A stretch of 64,000 nucleotides of DNA from Thalia democratica (taxonomy: Eukaryota). The stretch lies in assembly GCA_965202585.1 (NCBI GenBank), contig OZ241829.1, forward strand, positions 52,886,001 through 52,950,000, given 5' to 3'. Each line of letters starts with the position of its first letter. Within the stretch, counting starts at the first letter, position 1. Shown here in pieces: positions 42,001-50,733 of this stretch. The notes beneath the pieces are model-generated. The model was given only the letters and a program-made list of their open reading frames with translations. It had not been told where the DNA came from and ran no database searches. A program made the translations under genes and the position numbers.

Positions 42001-45000
42001 GTTTGCACAAAAAGAAATTGACTTTGCTGGAATTACCATTACTAAATCTGAAATTAAGCCACAAGAAAAGTTTATAAAAGCTATAAGGGATTTTTCTATA
42101 CCCAAGTCAATAACAGATGTCCGATCTTGGTTTATCAAACATCACATTATAACCAATTGAAATATTTGATGACTAAGTTGAAAACGTTTTAAGTCCCAAA
42201 ACAGGGTTATACTGGAGTTATGAGCTAGAACAGTGGTTGGCACGGTGTACACTGGTGCACACTGGTGCACACTTAAGTACATGAATTTCTTTTAGGGTGC
42301 ACGAGACTTTTGGGGTGCATGAAACTTATTTTGGGGTACATGAATTTTTTTTTTTGTGCAGAAACTAAGTTAAAGTTTTTTTTTGAATCTTTCTATATTT
42401 AAGACATATTAAACCTTGATATCTAATTGCTCATTTTGTTGTTAATATAACGACCAGTTTTGTATTCTCCTAGTTCTATTCTGTTACATTATGTAAAAAT
42501 TCTTCCACCCTTAGCCGCCCAAAGAAAAACCGAAGTGAGCAAATCTCATAGATTCTTAAAACAAAATAAAACGGTTAGTATTCTATTAATGTTTAATTCT
42601 ATTAACTCTTATTGTTTAAAAGCGTTTTGTTACATTAAAAATTACTATATTAAACAGCATAATCAACTGATATTTGACAAAAAATTAGTTAGGCCAAAAA
42701 AATTCAATTATGTTTTACTTGTAAAAAAATTAAAATATAGAAAGGGTCAATAACATCAGGGCTGTCACATACTTAGCTCTCTAAGAATAATTAAGTCTAG
42801 TTTTAAATCATGAAAAGCCTAGACCAACTGAGGCTAGTTTTAGTATATTTACAAAAACTCAGCTTGACTGAGACTAGTTATAAATTTAATGAAAATCTTG
42901 GGTTTATTTTGATATCTTTTAAAAATATTCAACTGTTGCTTTACTTGAATTTTTTAAACTTGTAATTAATTATTATTATTAATACCGAATGATTAGTAAA
43001 AAAAGGATTAAAAGTGTTTAAATATTCTTAAACACTAGCGGTGCTAAAGAATGCAAATTGGAGTGCACAGAATTTTAATTTTGAGATTTAGGGTTCACGG
43101 ATTCGAAGTAGCGTGCCGGCCACTGAGCTAGATGATACATTCTACTAATCAAAAGAAACTATAGTTGTAGCCATAACAAAGGGAATACAAATTTTCGATT
43201 TGGTAAAGCCCACTTGTATTTAACCAGACTGGTCCACAACTAGTATTGGTTAATTTTTATCGCAAAAACACTTGCTGTTATAGCTCTGCTGTGCCAGGAT
43301 GTTGTCAAGCTGGATAGCGTATTGTTTTGGCAGGCTCTCGTTTTCTTAGAACTCCAGAATCATGTTATGCTGCGGTAGAGGGAGAAAGCCTTGCAATTGT
43401 TTGGGCACTTGAGCATCACGGTATTTTTCACAAGGATGTAATAATTTGATGATTCTGACTGATCACAAACCACTGGTAAAATTGTTTGGAGACAAAACAC
43501 TTGATGAGATTGCAAATCCCCGCCTTTTCCGGTTGAAGCGGAGAAGTCTTTTGTGGCGATTCAAGATGCTACATAAACCTTGAAAATTACACTTTACCTC
43601 AGATGCAATGTCACGTCATCTAGTGGAAACCATTTATCAAACAACATATGAAGTTGAGATAAGTGAGTGTATCATTGCAAGTCATCAAGTAGGTGATAAT
43701 TTTCAAACTGTGACTTTTGACCGAATTAAAGAAGAAATTTTAAAAAATAAACAAATAATGAAGCTTTTTCATTATATTAAAACTGGTTTTCTGGAGACCG
43801 AAGACCACCTACCATTAGAATTGCATGAGTTTTTGATAATTCGCTATTCTTTATTTATGATGGATGGCGTCATCATGTGTGGCGATCGTAAAAGAAAACT
43901 GGATCATAATAAGCTTCTACCATCTAGCAGTATATTTCAGGATGATGTGAGTAGAATAGTTATTCCTCCATCATTAAGAAAAGAGGTTCTTAGAGTGCTG
44001 CATTCTGCTTATCAAGGGTTCACTGCAATAAACGAGCGAGCAAACGCGATTGTTTACTGGTCGGAAATAACAAATGACATTTAAGGTGTTCGGGAAAATT
44101 GCAATAGTTGTAACTTAATTGCACCAAGCAATCCTCGTCTACCCCCAAATGAACCATTAATTCCAAAACTTCTTTTTGGGATCAATTGTCTGTGATTATT
44201 TTCATTTCAAAGGGTGCTATTATTTTGTAGCTGCTAAAAGACGGTCTGGCTGGACAAAGAATTAAATTAGGTACAAATGAGTCTGGTTCAAAAGGGCTAT
44301 GTAAAGCTTTGCGTCGTGTTTTTGTCACTTTTCGTGTTTCAGTTAAAATATCTTCAGATGGTGGTCGAGAGTTTTCTTCAAAACTTACCAAAATTTTCTA
44401 AAACGATGGGGTATACACCATCGTATTTCATCTGCATATCATCCTATGTCAAACGGTAGGGCGGAACTAGCAGTAAAGGCCACTAAGCGATTGTTAATGA
44501 AAAACGTTGGTCCAAATGGTGAACTAAATAACGACAGAGTTGTACAAGCTTAATGTAATCACACAAATCTCAAATATGTGGCGTAACACATGGAGTAGAA
44601 AGGAAGAGGCTCTCAGGTCTCGCTATGTTAAGTTTTTGAAAATTTAAGTGAGCACACAAAATCATTGCCACCACTGAATTGCGGTGATCATGTCATGACA
44701 CAAAACTAAACAGGTAACTTTCCTAACAAGTGGGGGAAAATGGATTAGTAGTGGAACTAAAAGACTATCACAAATATGATGCTAAGGTTAGTGGATCTGG
44801 TCGCTTAACTTTTCGAAATCGTAAGTTTCTAAGGAAATTTTGGCCACCTGGTTGGAAATCTCTAAGCAGTATGTATTCCTTATCTGAAAAAAGCAAACAC
44901 ACCACTGCAGAAGTTTGTCTTTTCTGGTAATTATGAGAAAAATGATTTTCATGTCAATTTTGATTTTCTGCGCTCTCAGAAGGTAACTATAGCAAGATTT

Positions 45001-47183
45001 GCAATGCGAAACCTTCGCAGAAATTCGCAAAAAATTCCTTTCACCTGAAGACTCAGATTGCATGGGTGCAAGCCAATCCTCTACGAAGCAGAGAAATAGT
45101 GTATTGTCTCGTTTGGATCCTAATAATAAACCTGGGTTTTCTGAAGGAGATTTTGTTGACGATGGTGTGTCACCAAAGAATGAACTGCATCGTTCCAGTA
45201 TAAAGATATACGCTTCTGAAAGTAGTACCTATGTACCTGTTTAAACTGCAGTTTATATAAATAATTTTATTTAAGTTTAAAATAAGTTAACTGTAACAAT
45301 TAAATTTTTTAAGTTTTATTTCGTTAACTTCATCTAAGCTAGTTCTTTTTTTAAAACGAGTGGCAATCTTAATTATTTAGACAACTTTTACTTTGTTTCA
45401 ATTTTTGAAGTTTTTCATCATTAACAAAAAAATTTGCTTTCATAAAGAAGTCCAATTCAAACTTCTTTAAGGACTCGAAGAAATTCTAGAAATCCAAATA
45501 AGGAAGCTGCATTCTTAGCTGAGCCGGTGAATTTTTTTATTTGCTTATATTAGGGTTGCTATAAAACCTTTAATTTGTCAATTGTGACAAAAATTGCCTT
45601 AAATTTTAAAAACATGAACTTTGTACAAAAACCTAAAGAAAATTTTGAATTATAAACAGTTTATACATGTAAATTAATGATGTTTCGATCAGATACGAAA
45701 AACCTATCATATTCAATTTTTTTGTATCATGTAGAATTTTATTTATAATGTACACATTTAAAGTAGCACTACTAGTAAAGATTTTTATACTATTTAAACA
45801 ATTTTTTTATATAAAAAAAAATTCTTTCAGAAAACTGGAAATGTTTATAACTAAACCTATGGCAACCCTGTTATATTTAGTTTCTTAAACTTTTTTATAA
45901 GTAACTATTTTTCTTTACTTTAAAAGTTTCGATATTTTACACCGAAAAGAACTTCATCAAACAAAAATGATTAGTCTTGTTTCGTTATTTTTTTTACTTT
46001 TAGTAAATATTCTTCAAAATAATCTATTAAGATTTGTTGAAAATGACTTTAATTAATTTATTTTACATATATTTTTTAAAACACACAACAGCCAAAAACA
46101 GCCAATTCACTATTAGAAACTGAAACTACATACATACCAATAAGCGATGATTTTCCCCATACGCCAAAAAAATTGTAAGTTAAATCTACAATAGAGTATA
46201 TTAGGCTTAATAAATCTAAGCTTTGTTTTAAAAAACTTATCTTTTCTTTTTAAAGTAATTTTACAAACTCATAGCTTTTATAACCTTACGATTTATGGAG
46301 ATTAAAGCATACTGTCTAGGTAAACTAATTTTTTTTTTACAGAGTTCGTACTATAAGCAGTCGAAAAGTAAGTTTAAAATTAGTTTTGATAAAAGCAGCA
46401 AAATGTATATTAACTTATTTTTGTTGTAATAACAACTAGTTTTTTATATATTAAAGTAATGAATTCAAATTATAAAAGTTTAATTTGTTTTTAATTTTCT
46501 GTATTAAAATATTGTACTCCTATTGTTTTGTTACTAGCTTTAAAAAAATTAAGCAACGTCTACTTACAAAGCCTTCAACACCCGATCTATTGTCACTAAG
46601 TGATTTAAAGCTGCTAAGTGAAAAGAACAAAAACAGACTACATAATCTAGACTTTTCGACTAAAGGTTAATTTTGTAAAACTTTTGATAATATTTATGTA
46701 AGACTTTTTTTTGAAGCACCATGGCTTTTGATAATCAGAAGTGTAAATGATGAGTTAAATTGCTACTTTTGTATAAAACACAACTAATTATTTTAACATG
46801 TTGAAATAAGTCACGAACACTTTAAGCTAAAACTTATGCTTTTAAGTATATTTATTTCATATCTTGAAATCTCCATTTAAAAGATCAGCTTATATTTTGA
46901 TAAAAAGTATATTTATTTTGTTATAAGAATTTCGTTTTAAATTTTTGAGTTCTACACTAATTAAAAATATCTTCAAACAGATTCTATTTCAGTAAGTGAT
47001 GCGGATGAAATTTTGAGTCAGTTCGTTAGCAAAAAGAGCCCGAGATCAAGAAAAAACTCAAATGCGTCTAATATAATATTTCTGAACAACGATGTTGAAG
47101 ACGCTCTCACAAAAAATAAAAGATCTCCTTCGTTGACTACGTTAGAATCCGAACCTTGGTTAAGGCCTTCTTCTATAGTTTAA
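1..47183 (+). CDS. CSPP1: CSPP1-like gene, 5'-partial, spliced; 17 exons from 3692 plus a probable partial exon at 1-33
   Basis: All exons have GT-AG borders and matching phases. They total 2236 nt from 3692 (1 nt + 745 codons including TAA at 47181-47183). The translation contains motifs I recognise from CSPP1: [83 protein letters not shown] and C-terminal EPWLRP. Confidence 0.9.
270..3002 (+). mobile_element. Degenerate hAT DNA transposon, copy 1; 5' TIR not seen
   Basis: Broken transposase motifs at about 1130-2700 ([21 protein letters not shown]...SERLFS); ATCCGG subterminal block at 272-311; 3' end CCGGTAGATTACTA; homologous to the inverted copy at 28252-34599. Confidence 0.75.
3692..3787 (+). 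CDS. CSPP1: CSPP1 exon ([12 protein letters not shown]...PYSS)
   Basis: CAG acceptor, GTGAGC donor, phase 2 to 2, open frame. Confidence 0.75.
4194..4375 (+). CDS. CSPP1: CSPP1 exon (SIVHSS...[15 protein letters not shown]...DNE)
   Basis: TAG acceptor, GT donor, phase 2 to 1; overlaps ORF 4201..4506; conserved AY(F/Y)Y...N..DP motif. Confidence 0.88.
4424..5480 (+). mobile_element. Charlie-type hAT remnant (CGGCCCGC subterminal motif)
   Basis: 5' end GGATTGGGCAACTTACGGCCCGCGG resembles the 58139 terminus; coding-like decayed sequence follows; the right boundary is a guess. Confidence 0.35.
5660..5717 (+). CDS. CSPP1: CSPP1 exon ([19 protein letters not shown])
   Basis: Poly-T then TAG acceptor, GTTTGT donor, phase 1 to 2. 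Confidence 0.75.
6586..8473 (-). mobile_element. LTR-like family copy 1, composite of two units
   Basis: On the minus strand it starts TGTAAGC (8473) and ends ...GAGGACTATA (6586). An internal unit end lies at about 6986. Flanks AATA/AAGA (3 of 4 match). ORF remnants are disrupted. Confidence 0.7.
10258..10934. mobile_element. Kolobok-like MITE
   Basis: TIRs GGGCATACGGGGG / CCCCCCTATGCCC with TTAA on both sides. Purine termini plus a TTAA TSD fit Kolobok rather than piggyBac. Confidence 0.75.
12020..12104 (+). CDS. CSPP1: CSPP1 exon ([28 protein letters not shown])
   Basis: TAG acceptor, GTTTGT donor, phase 2 to 0. Confidence 0.88.
12782..12929 (+). CDS. CSPP1: CSPP1 exon with the [12 protein letters not shown] motif
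   Basis: AAG acceptor, GTATGT donor, phase 0 to 1; ORF 12782..12973. Confidence 0.93.
13875..14552. mobile_element. Kolobok-like MITE, inverted relative to the 10258 copy
   Basis: Ends GTGCCC|TTAA; its reverse complement aligns by eye with the start of 10258-10934; left end approximate. Confidence 0.55.
15138..15740 (-). mobile_element. LTR-like family copy 2, 5'-truncated, A-type unit
   Basis: 3' end GAGGGTTATA at 15138; disrupted [34 protein letters not shown]; GTATGT donor near 15700. Confidence 0.7.
15874..16285. mobile_element. MITE with CAGGGTTGCC TIRs and a 6-bp TSD
   Basis: CAGGGTTGCCAC...GTGGCAACCCTG; TATATA on both flanks; internal AAAAACCTGGAA repeats. Confidence 0.85.
16747..16895 (+). 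CDS. CSPP1: CSPP1 exon ([11 protein letters not shown]...MDDAI)
   Basis: CAG acceptor, GTTGGT donor, phase 1 to 0. Confidence 0.85.
17455..17545. mobile_element. 91-bp Charlie-type hAT MITE
   Basis: Perfect 8-bp TSD GTCTAGAT, matching the NTCTAGAN preference of Charlie hATs; CGGCCCGC motif. Confidence 0.8.
17748..17861 (+). CDS. CSPP1: CSPP1 exon ([17 protein letters not shown]...VYKEELQKQ)
   Basis: 38 open codons, CAG acceptor, GTTTAT donor, phase 0 to 0. Confidence 0.82.
17929..18493. mobile_element. Non-autonomous DNA element with AAAATTGCACGA subterminal repeats
   Basis: Ends GGAAACGGGTCAA / TTTTACAGCTACC; ~20-bp TTGCACGA repeats point inward at both ends; internal GTAAGGGTTAGGGGTAACAGTGATAG motif. 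Confidence 0.75.
18936..19543. mobile_element. Second, inverted copy of the TTGCACGA element
   Basis: Ends GGTAGCTGTCAA / TTGACCCGTTCC; reverse complement of the 17929-18493 architecture. Confidence 0.75.
19757..20110 (-). mobile_element. RTE-like LINE 3' fragment with an A tail
   Basis: Minus-strand translation FHLR*LRRIV...[12 protein letters not shown]...RRRFKWIG...ELKELAT matches the C-terminal region of non-LTR reverse transcriptases; a 10-A tract follows. Confidence 0.7.
20993..21142 (+). CDS. CSPP1: CSPP1 coiled-coil exon ([29 protein letters not shown]...)
   Basis: TAG acceptor, GTTAGT donor, 50 codons, phase 0 to 0. Confidence 0.92.
21565..22175. repeat. Foldback (hairpin) element, arms about 285 bp, loop about 40 bp
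   Basis: 21565-~21850 is the near-perfect reverse complement of ~21890-22175. Confidence 0.85.
22266..24061 (+). mobile_element. LTR-like family copy 3, single B-type unit, sense to CSPP1
   Basis: TGTAAGC...GAGGGTTATA; flanks ATGC/GTGC; AAG-at-ATG at about 23861 (MSTTSI*); a nested MITE at about 23480-23750 has GGGTAGC termini. Confidence 0.75.
24276..24627. mobile_element. CAGGGTTGCC-family MITE, diverged
   Basis: CAGGGTG...GTGGCCACCCTG with the same internal sequence as 15874-16285. Confidence 0.75.
25335..25478 (+). CDS. CSPP1: CSPP1 exon ([16 protein letters not shown]...GSPQQ)
   Basis: CAG acceptor, GT donor, 48 codons, phase 0 to 0. Confidence 0.85.
25935..26071 (+). CDS. CSPP1: CSPP1 exon ([25 protein letters not shown]...)
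   Basis: CAG acceptor, GTATGT donor, phase 0 to 2. Confidence 0.82.
26705..26914. mobile_element. Short MITE with TTCAAAATCCACCC subterminal repeats
   Basis: Inverted GTTCAAAATCCACCC / GGGTGGATTTTGAAC repeats; internal CACTATCACTGTTACCCCTAACCCTTACC motif shared with the 17.9-19.5 kb elements. Confidence 0.65.
27000..27380 (-). mobile_element. Penelope-like element fragment (degenerate GIY-YIG endonuclease)
   Basis: Minus-strand translation with frameshifts gives [19 protein letters not shown]...FRNRY, LYMWMLK, KLCSTEK and LNKRNELKS. This follows the PLE pattern CL..VYKA / YIG / F..RY / YIW.LK / LNKR.EL. Confidence 0.7.
27558..28227. mobile_element. Kolobok-like MITE, third copy
   Basis: TTAA|GAGAAATGGGGGG ... 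CCTATGCCC|TCAA; same orientation as the 13875 copy. Confidence 0.6.
29945..30340. mobile_element. CAGGGTTGCC-family MITE with 6-bp TSD AATTAA
   Basis: Perfect terminal 10-mers; AATTAA on both flanks. Confidence 0.85.
30364..34433 (-). mobile_element. LTR-like family copy 4, composite of A and B units, with a nested hAT
   Basis: TGTAAGC at 34433, TTATA at 30364, perfect 4-bp TSD AGAC; intact ORF starts 30565 (MSTTSKK...) and 31854 (MSTSSKK...); internal unit end at about 31695. Confidence 0.85.
32571..34405. mobile_element. Non-autonomous hAT element with 41-bp ATCCGG-rich tandem repeats
   Basis: TIRs TAGTGATGTACCGGA / TCCGGTACATCACTA; flanks CTCGAAAC and (CA)GTCGAAAC; the unit CCGGATTCTAATTTGAAAAAAAAGTCCGGATCCGGTTCCGG is repeated at 32650-32780 and 34170-34380. 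Confidence 0.8.
35332..35477 (+). CDS. CSPP1: CSPP1 exon ([12 protein letters not shown]...RYLYSR)
   Basis: Polypyrimidine plus CAG acceptor, GTTAGG donor, phase 2 to 1. Confidence 0.8.
36464..36569 (+). CDS. CSPP1: CSPP1 exon ([27 protein letters not shown]...)
   Basis: TAG acceptor, GTTTGT donor, phase 1 to 2. Confidence 0.87.
38802..39083 (+). CDS. CSPP1: CSPP1 exon ([10 protein letters not shown]...LHEFNNYK...[19 protein letters not shown])
   Basis: TAG acceptor, GT donor, phase 2 to 2; ORF 38821..39129. Confidence 0.9.
40630..45245 (+). mobile_element. Degenerate Ty3/Gypsy LTR retrotransposon internal region (PR-RT-RH-IN); no LTRs seen
   Basis: Protease [11 protein letters not shown] (40941); [12 protein letters not shown] and KCVDD (41881); RNase [13 protein letters not shown] and TDHKPL; integrase VLHSA..QG / C..C, SDGG and [10 protein letters not shown]; C-terminal [15 protein letters not shown]. 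Domain order PR-RT-RH-IN is Gypsy-type. Many stops and frameshifts; boundaries approximate. Confidence 0.92.
42231..43125. mobile_element. hAT MITE inserted between the Gypsy RT and RNase H regions
   Basis: TIRs CAGTGGTTGGCACG / CGTGCCGGCCACTG; TSD AGCTAGAA/AGCTAGAT. Confidence 0.8.
45490..45526 (+). CDS. CSPP1: CSPP1 37-nt microexon ([13 protein letters not shown])
   Basis: TAG acceptor, GTGAAT donor. It is the only candidate I found that converts phase 2 to the phase 0 needed at 46092. Confidence 0.7.
45551..45870. mobile_element. CAGGGTTGCC-family MITE with 6-bp TSD TTATAT
   Basis: TAGGGTTGCT...GGCAACCCTG; TTATAT on both flanks. Confidence 0.8.
46092..46174 (+). CDS. CSPP1: CSPP1 exon ([27 protein letters not shown])
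   Basis: CAG acceptor, GTAAGT donor, phase 0 to 2. Confidence 0.85.
46538..46665 (+). CDS. CSPP1: CSPP1 exon ([16 protein letters not shown]...[17 protein letters not shown])
   Basis: TAG acceptor, GT donor, phase 2 to 1; ORF 46485..46670. Confidence 0.85.
46993..47183 (+). CDS. CSPP1: CSPP1 last coding exon ([10 protein letters not shown]...[14 protein letters not shown])
   Basis: CAG acceptor, phase 1, TAA at 47181-47183; AATAAA at 47360-47365 is a candidate poly(A) signal. Confidence 0.9.
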
Positions 47184-48657
47184 AATATTGTTTTATTTAT
47201 TTAAAAAAGATTTTCCTTTCCTATTCTGTGTTTAATTTAGTATATTATATTATAAGTTTATTATTTAATAAGTTCCATGAGGTACACTCGGTTACATTGA
47301 AAAGCTTAAGAATGCATCAAATTTAAACAAAAAAGTGTTCACTTATATTTAGTATAAGCAATAAAACAAGTTTTTATTAGAAAATTTAAGCTATGATACT
47401 TAATAAATATTTCAATTTTTTTATCTAAAGTCATTTTGTATTTTATAATTACGATCTTTTAAAGGTAAATAATTAATTTATAATACTTTCAAACACTTTA
47501 TGTAAACTGTAAATTTACTTTTTTTTTAAGATTTTTAAAGTTTAACCTTTAAGTTTGAATAAAAAAATGTTGAAGTAGATATAATGTGTTGGTATTAAAG
47601 TATCAATTATAGTATTTGTTTTAACTGTATTTTTTATAGTTACATATCAATCATCGTCAAAAAAAAAATTACAATCTCCTGGTACTATATTTTTGAATGA
47701 TGATTAGTTTAACATTTTTTTTAAATCTAAAACCAGCTTTTATAGTGTATAACCTAAGTTAGGTGAAATAAAACACTGTCATTTATTGTAGATAAATTTT
47801 GTTATATGTTAAATATTTCTTATTGGTAAAAAAAGTAATACAGAGTTTTTATACATAATGTATTAATATTTAAATTTTTACAGCATGAAAAAAAACATGT
47901 TAATCCTGTCAAAAACTATTCTTTTTCATCTTGTTCACTTTTTTACCATTTTGAAATTGTTAGAGTTCTTCTGAGTTTTGATAGGTCTGGTTCAAAAAGA
48001 GGAAAATATTAAAATCTATAGTATATAATAAATTGATCTCATAACTTACCTTTTTTTACTTCATGACTGGTCATTTTAATAGTTAGTTCACATGTATTTT
48101 AGATTTTAGCGCCGTGTAACTTTTAAGTTTATAAAAGTTTATCTAAACAAATTTAAAATACAAAAATTAATGCGAGAAAATGTTTTTCTGAGGCTATAAA
48201 AAAATATTTTATTTTGTAGAACATAGATAGTCAACTATATATAAGTAAAAAGTCCTTTAAAACAAACAAAAACTTAGGGACAAGGGGAGGTCAATAAAAA
48301 AGGTTTAAAACAAAACTAACATTTATCTAAAATATGAAGCAATAGTTATATTCTTTGAATTATTTAAATATACCAAAGAAATATTTAGTTTTTTAATACA
48401 AGTAATAATGTAAAACAAAATCATGTTGAATAAACAAGTTTTGTCAATTACTCGGAAATGCAAATTTTTATTAACTGCTCATCTATTTTAGCTTTTTTAG
48501 TAAGGAGCTAAGCTTTTAGAGAACGTAAACTACGTTATGGTAAATACTTAGTTTAAACTCAGGTTTATTTTAAAACACTTAAAACAAACATAATAATTGA
48601 AAGGTTAACAAAAAAACGAGATAGGAAATATTTTGTAAAGTATTATATAGTTTACAT

Positions 48658-49147
48658 CAGTGGTCGGTACGCTACTTCGAATCAGTAAACCCTAAATCAT
48701 AAAATTTAAATTCTGTGCACCCCAATTTTCATTCTTTAGCGCCGCTAGTGTTAGATATATGTCAACACATTTAATCGTTTTTTTTTACTAATAATTCGGT
48801 AACACCCAGTTAATTTTTACAGGCTAACTTTAAATTTACCAGTTTACCCTATCCATTACAATAAACTTTTAATATTGATGATCTAATTTTTACAAAAATA
48901 CTTTATTTGTTTTACCCAGGTCTAAAATACTAACTAGAATTTTTACATAATGTAACAGAATAGAACTAGGAGAGTACAAAAATGGTCATTTTATTGACAA
49001 CAAAATGGTCAATTAGATATCAAGGTTGAATATGTCTTAAATGTAAAAAGATTTTAAAAAAATTCATGCACCCTAAAATAAGTTTCATGTACCCCTAAAG
49101 TCTTGTGCACCCTAAAAGAAATTTCATGTACACCGTGCCGACCACTG
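48658..49147. mobile_element. hAT MITE of the same family as 42231-43125, inverted
   Basis: TIRs CAGTGGTCGG / CCGACCACTG; perfect 8-bp TSD GTTTACAT. Confidence 0.88.
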
Positions 49148-50733
49148 GTTTACATCATTCTAGACCGCATTATAAAGCTGTATGTCGGAACATATTTGAA
49201 AGCTAAAGTTAAAACTTACAAAACTAAGCTTTAAAAACAGGAGTTGTTCATTATAACTTTTAGTTGTATACCTTAGTACGTATCCTATTTTTCTAACTGA
49301 AATCAATTCTATTTTAACTTCATACGTTTATAACATATTTTTTCATCATTCAAATTACTACGTTTAAACCGCTAAAGTAAGCTTGTGGCATTATAATGAA
49401 GTTTTGAAAAGAATAAATTAATTAAAAATTAGCATTAAATCGTAAAGACATAAACAAAAAAAAAAAAACTTGTTTCAGTTGGCAGTGAATTAAAACTAAA
49501 TTTTCAAATTAAAATTTCACATATAAAAAATAATACAATATTCTTTTTGTAAATTAAAAGTACCGAAATAATTTAAGTTAGAAACGCATCAACTAAAATT
49601 AAGTTTAGTATGAACCTTCAAAGTAATCAGTTATAGTAAACCGGAAACACAATTTAAGAATCTAAACTTTAAATACTTCCTTACATTACACAGATGCATA
49701 AGGTTTAATGCATTGAACTACATATATGCTGTATTAAAACTAGGACATTATTTATATAATTTTTTGATTTTGTAACATTGCTTTAAGTAGTCTAAATATT
49801 TACCTAATTCCAAATGTTTATCTTAAAAAGTTTTTTTTATTATAACGATTTTAATAATATAGAAAAAGAACGAATTTTTCTAACAGTTATTTTTATTCTA
49901 TTTATTCTAAAGCTCACTTAAAAAGCAATAAAAACCGTGCTGCACTGAAATAAATGATGAGTATTCGTAATAATACCTTTTAGACTAATTAGGTTTACAT
50001 TGTAATTCCCAGTTGCTTATCTAAGTTTCCTAAAATCGTATTTTTGATTTTGTTACCCAAAAAACTACATTCAAACCACAAAAATGTATAAATTACTTTT
50101 ATAACTTAATTTGGATTAAAAGAGATAAATTAAACGAAATATCCAGCAGTGATGCATTTGGTAACCTTATTTTCGACTGAATTTGTACCTAAAATGAACG
50201 TTAAAATGAGGTTTTTTAACTATACAATAACGATAGTTTATACATGTATTTTACCTTTTAGTTAAAAACAGTGTAAATTTTAAATCATTTTGATCTAAAA
50301 GCTATCAAAAAAACTAGAGCAGTTTTGTAGGGTGATAGAAATAAAACGATTATGATCTAAACTTGAACAACTCTAGACTTTACTCTATATCGACCTAAAA
50401 CTTCAGCTACATTGCCACCTATGGTGTAGACAAGTTAAAGATTTAAAATCGACTCAACCAAATTTTAATGTTGCTTCTGCATTCTTCACTTGAGATAGTT
50501 TAAAATACTGACGTGGTTACTAACTTCAAGTGAGTACATTAGGTGTTAATGACGTAGACCTAGTCCTTAAGATATCCCACAGATAAAATTCTGTCTAATA
50601 CAGCTACTTATACGAGTCACACGGACAGCTGATCATTCTCACATGAAAAGGCAGCTGTGATCATACCGATGTTATTTTCTGACGCGGAAGGAAACCATCC
50701 TTCGGGAACAACTAGAAGTTTTATTCACTTATG

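Noticed and set aside
44999-45244. ORF ending [10 protein letters not shown] as an extra CSPP1 exon
   Set aside because: There is no good phase-2 acceptor and it is not needed for the frame. It more simply belongs to the low-complexity tail after the Gypsy integrase.
50350-50725. Protein-like minus-strand text beyond the predicted stop (VVPEGWFPSASENN...)
   Set aside because: It has many stops and no recognisable motif; I cannot tell decayed TE from UTR.
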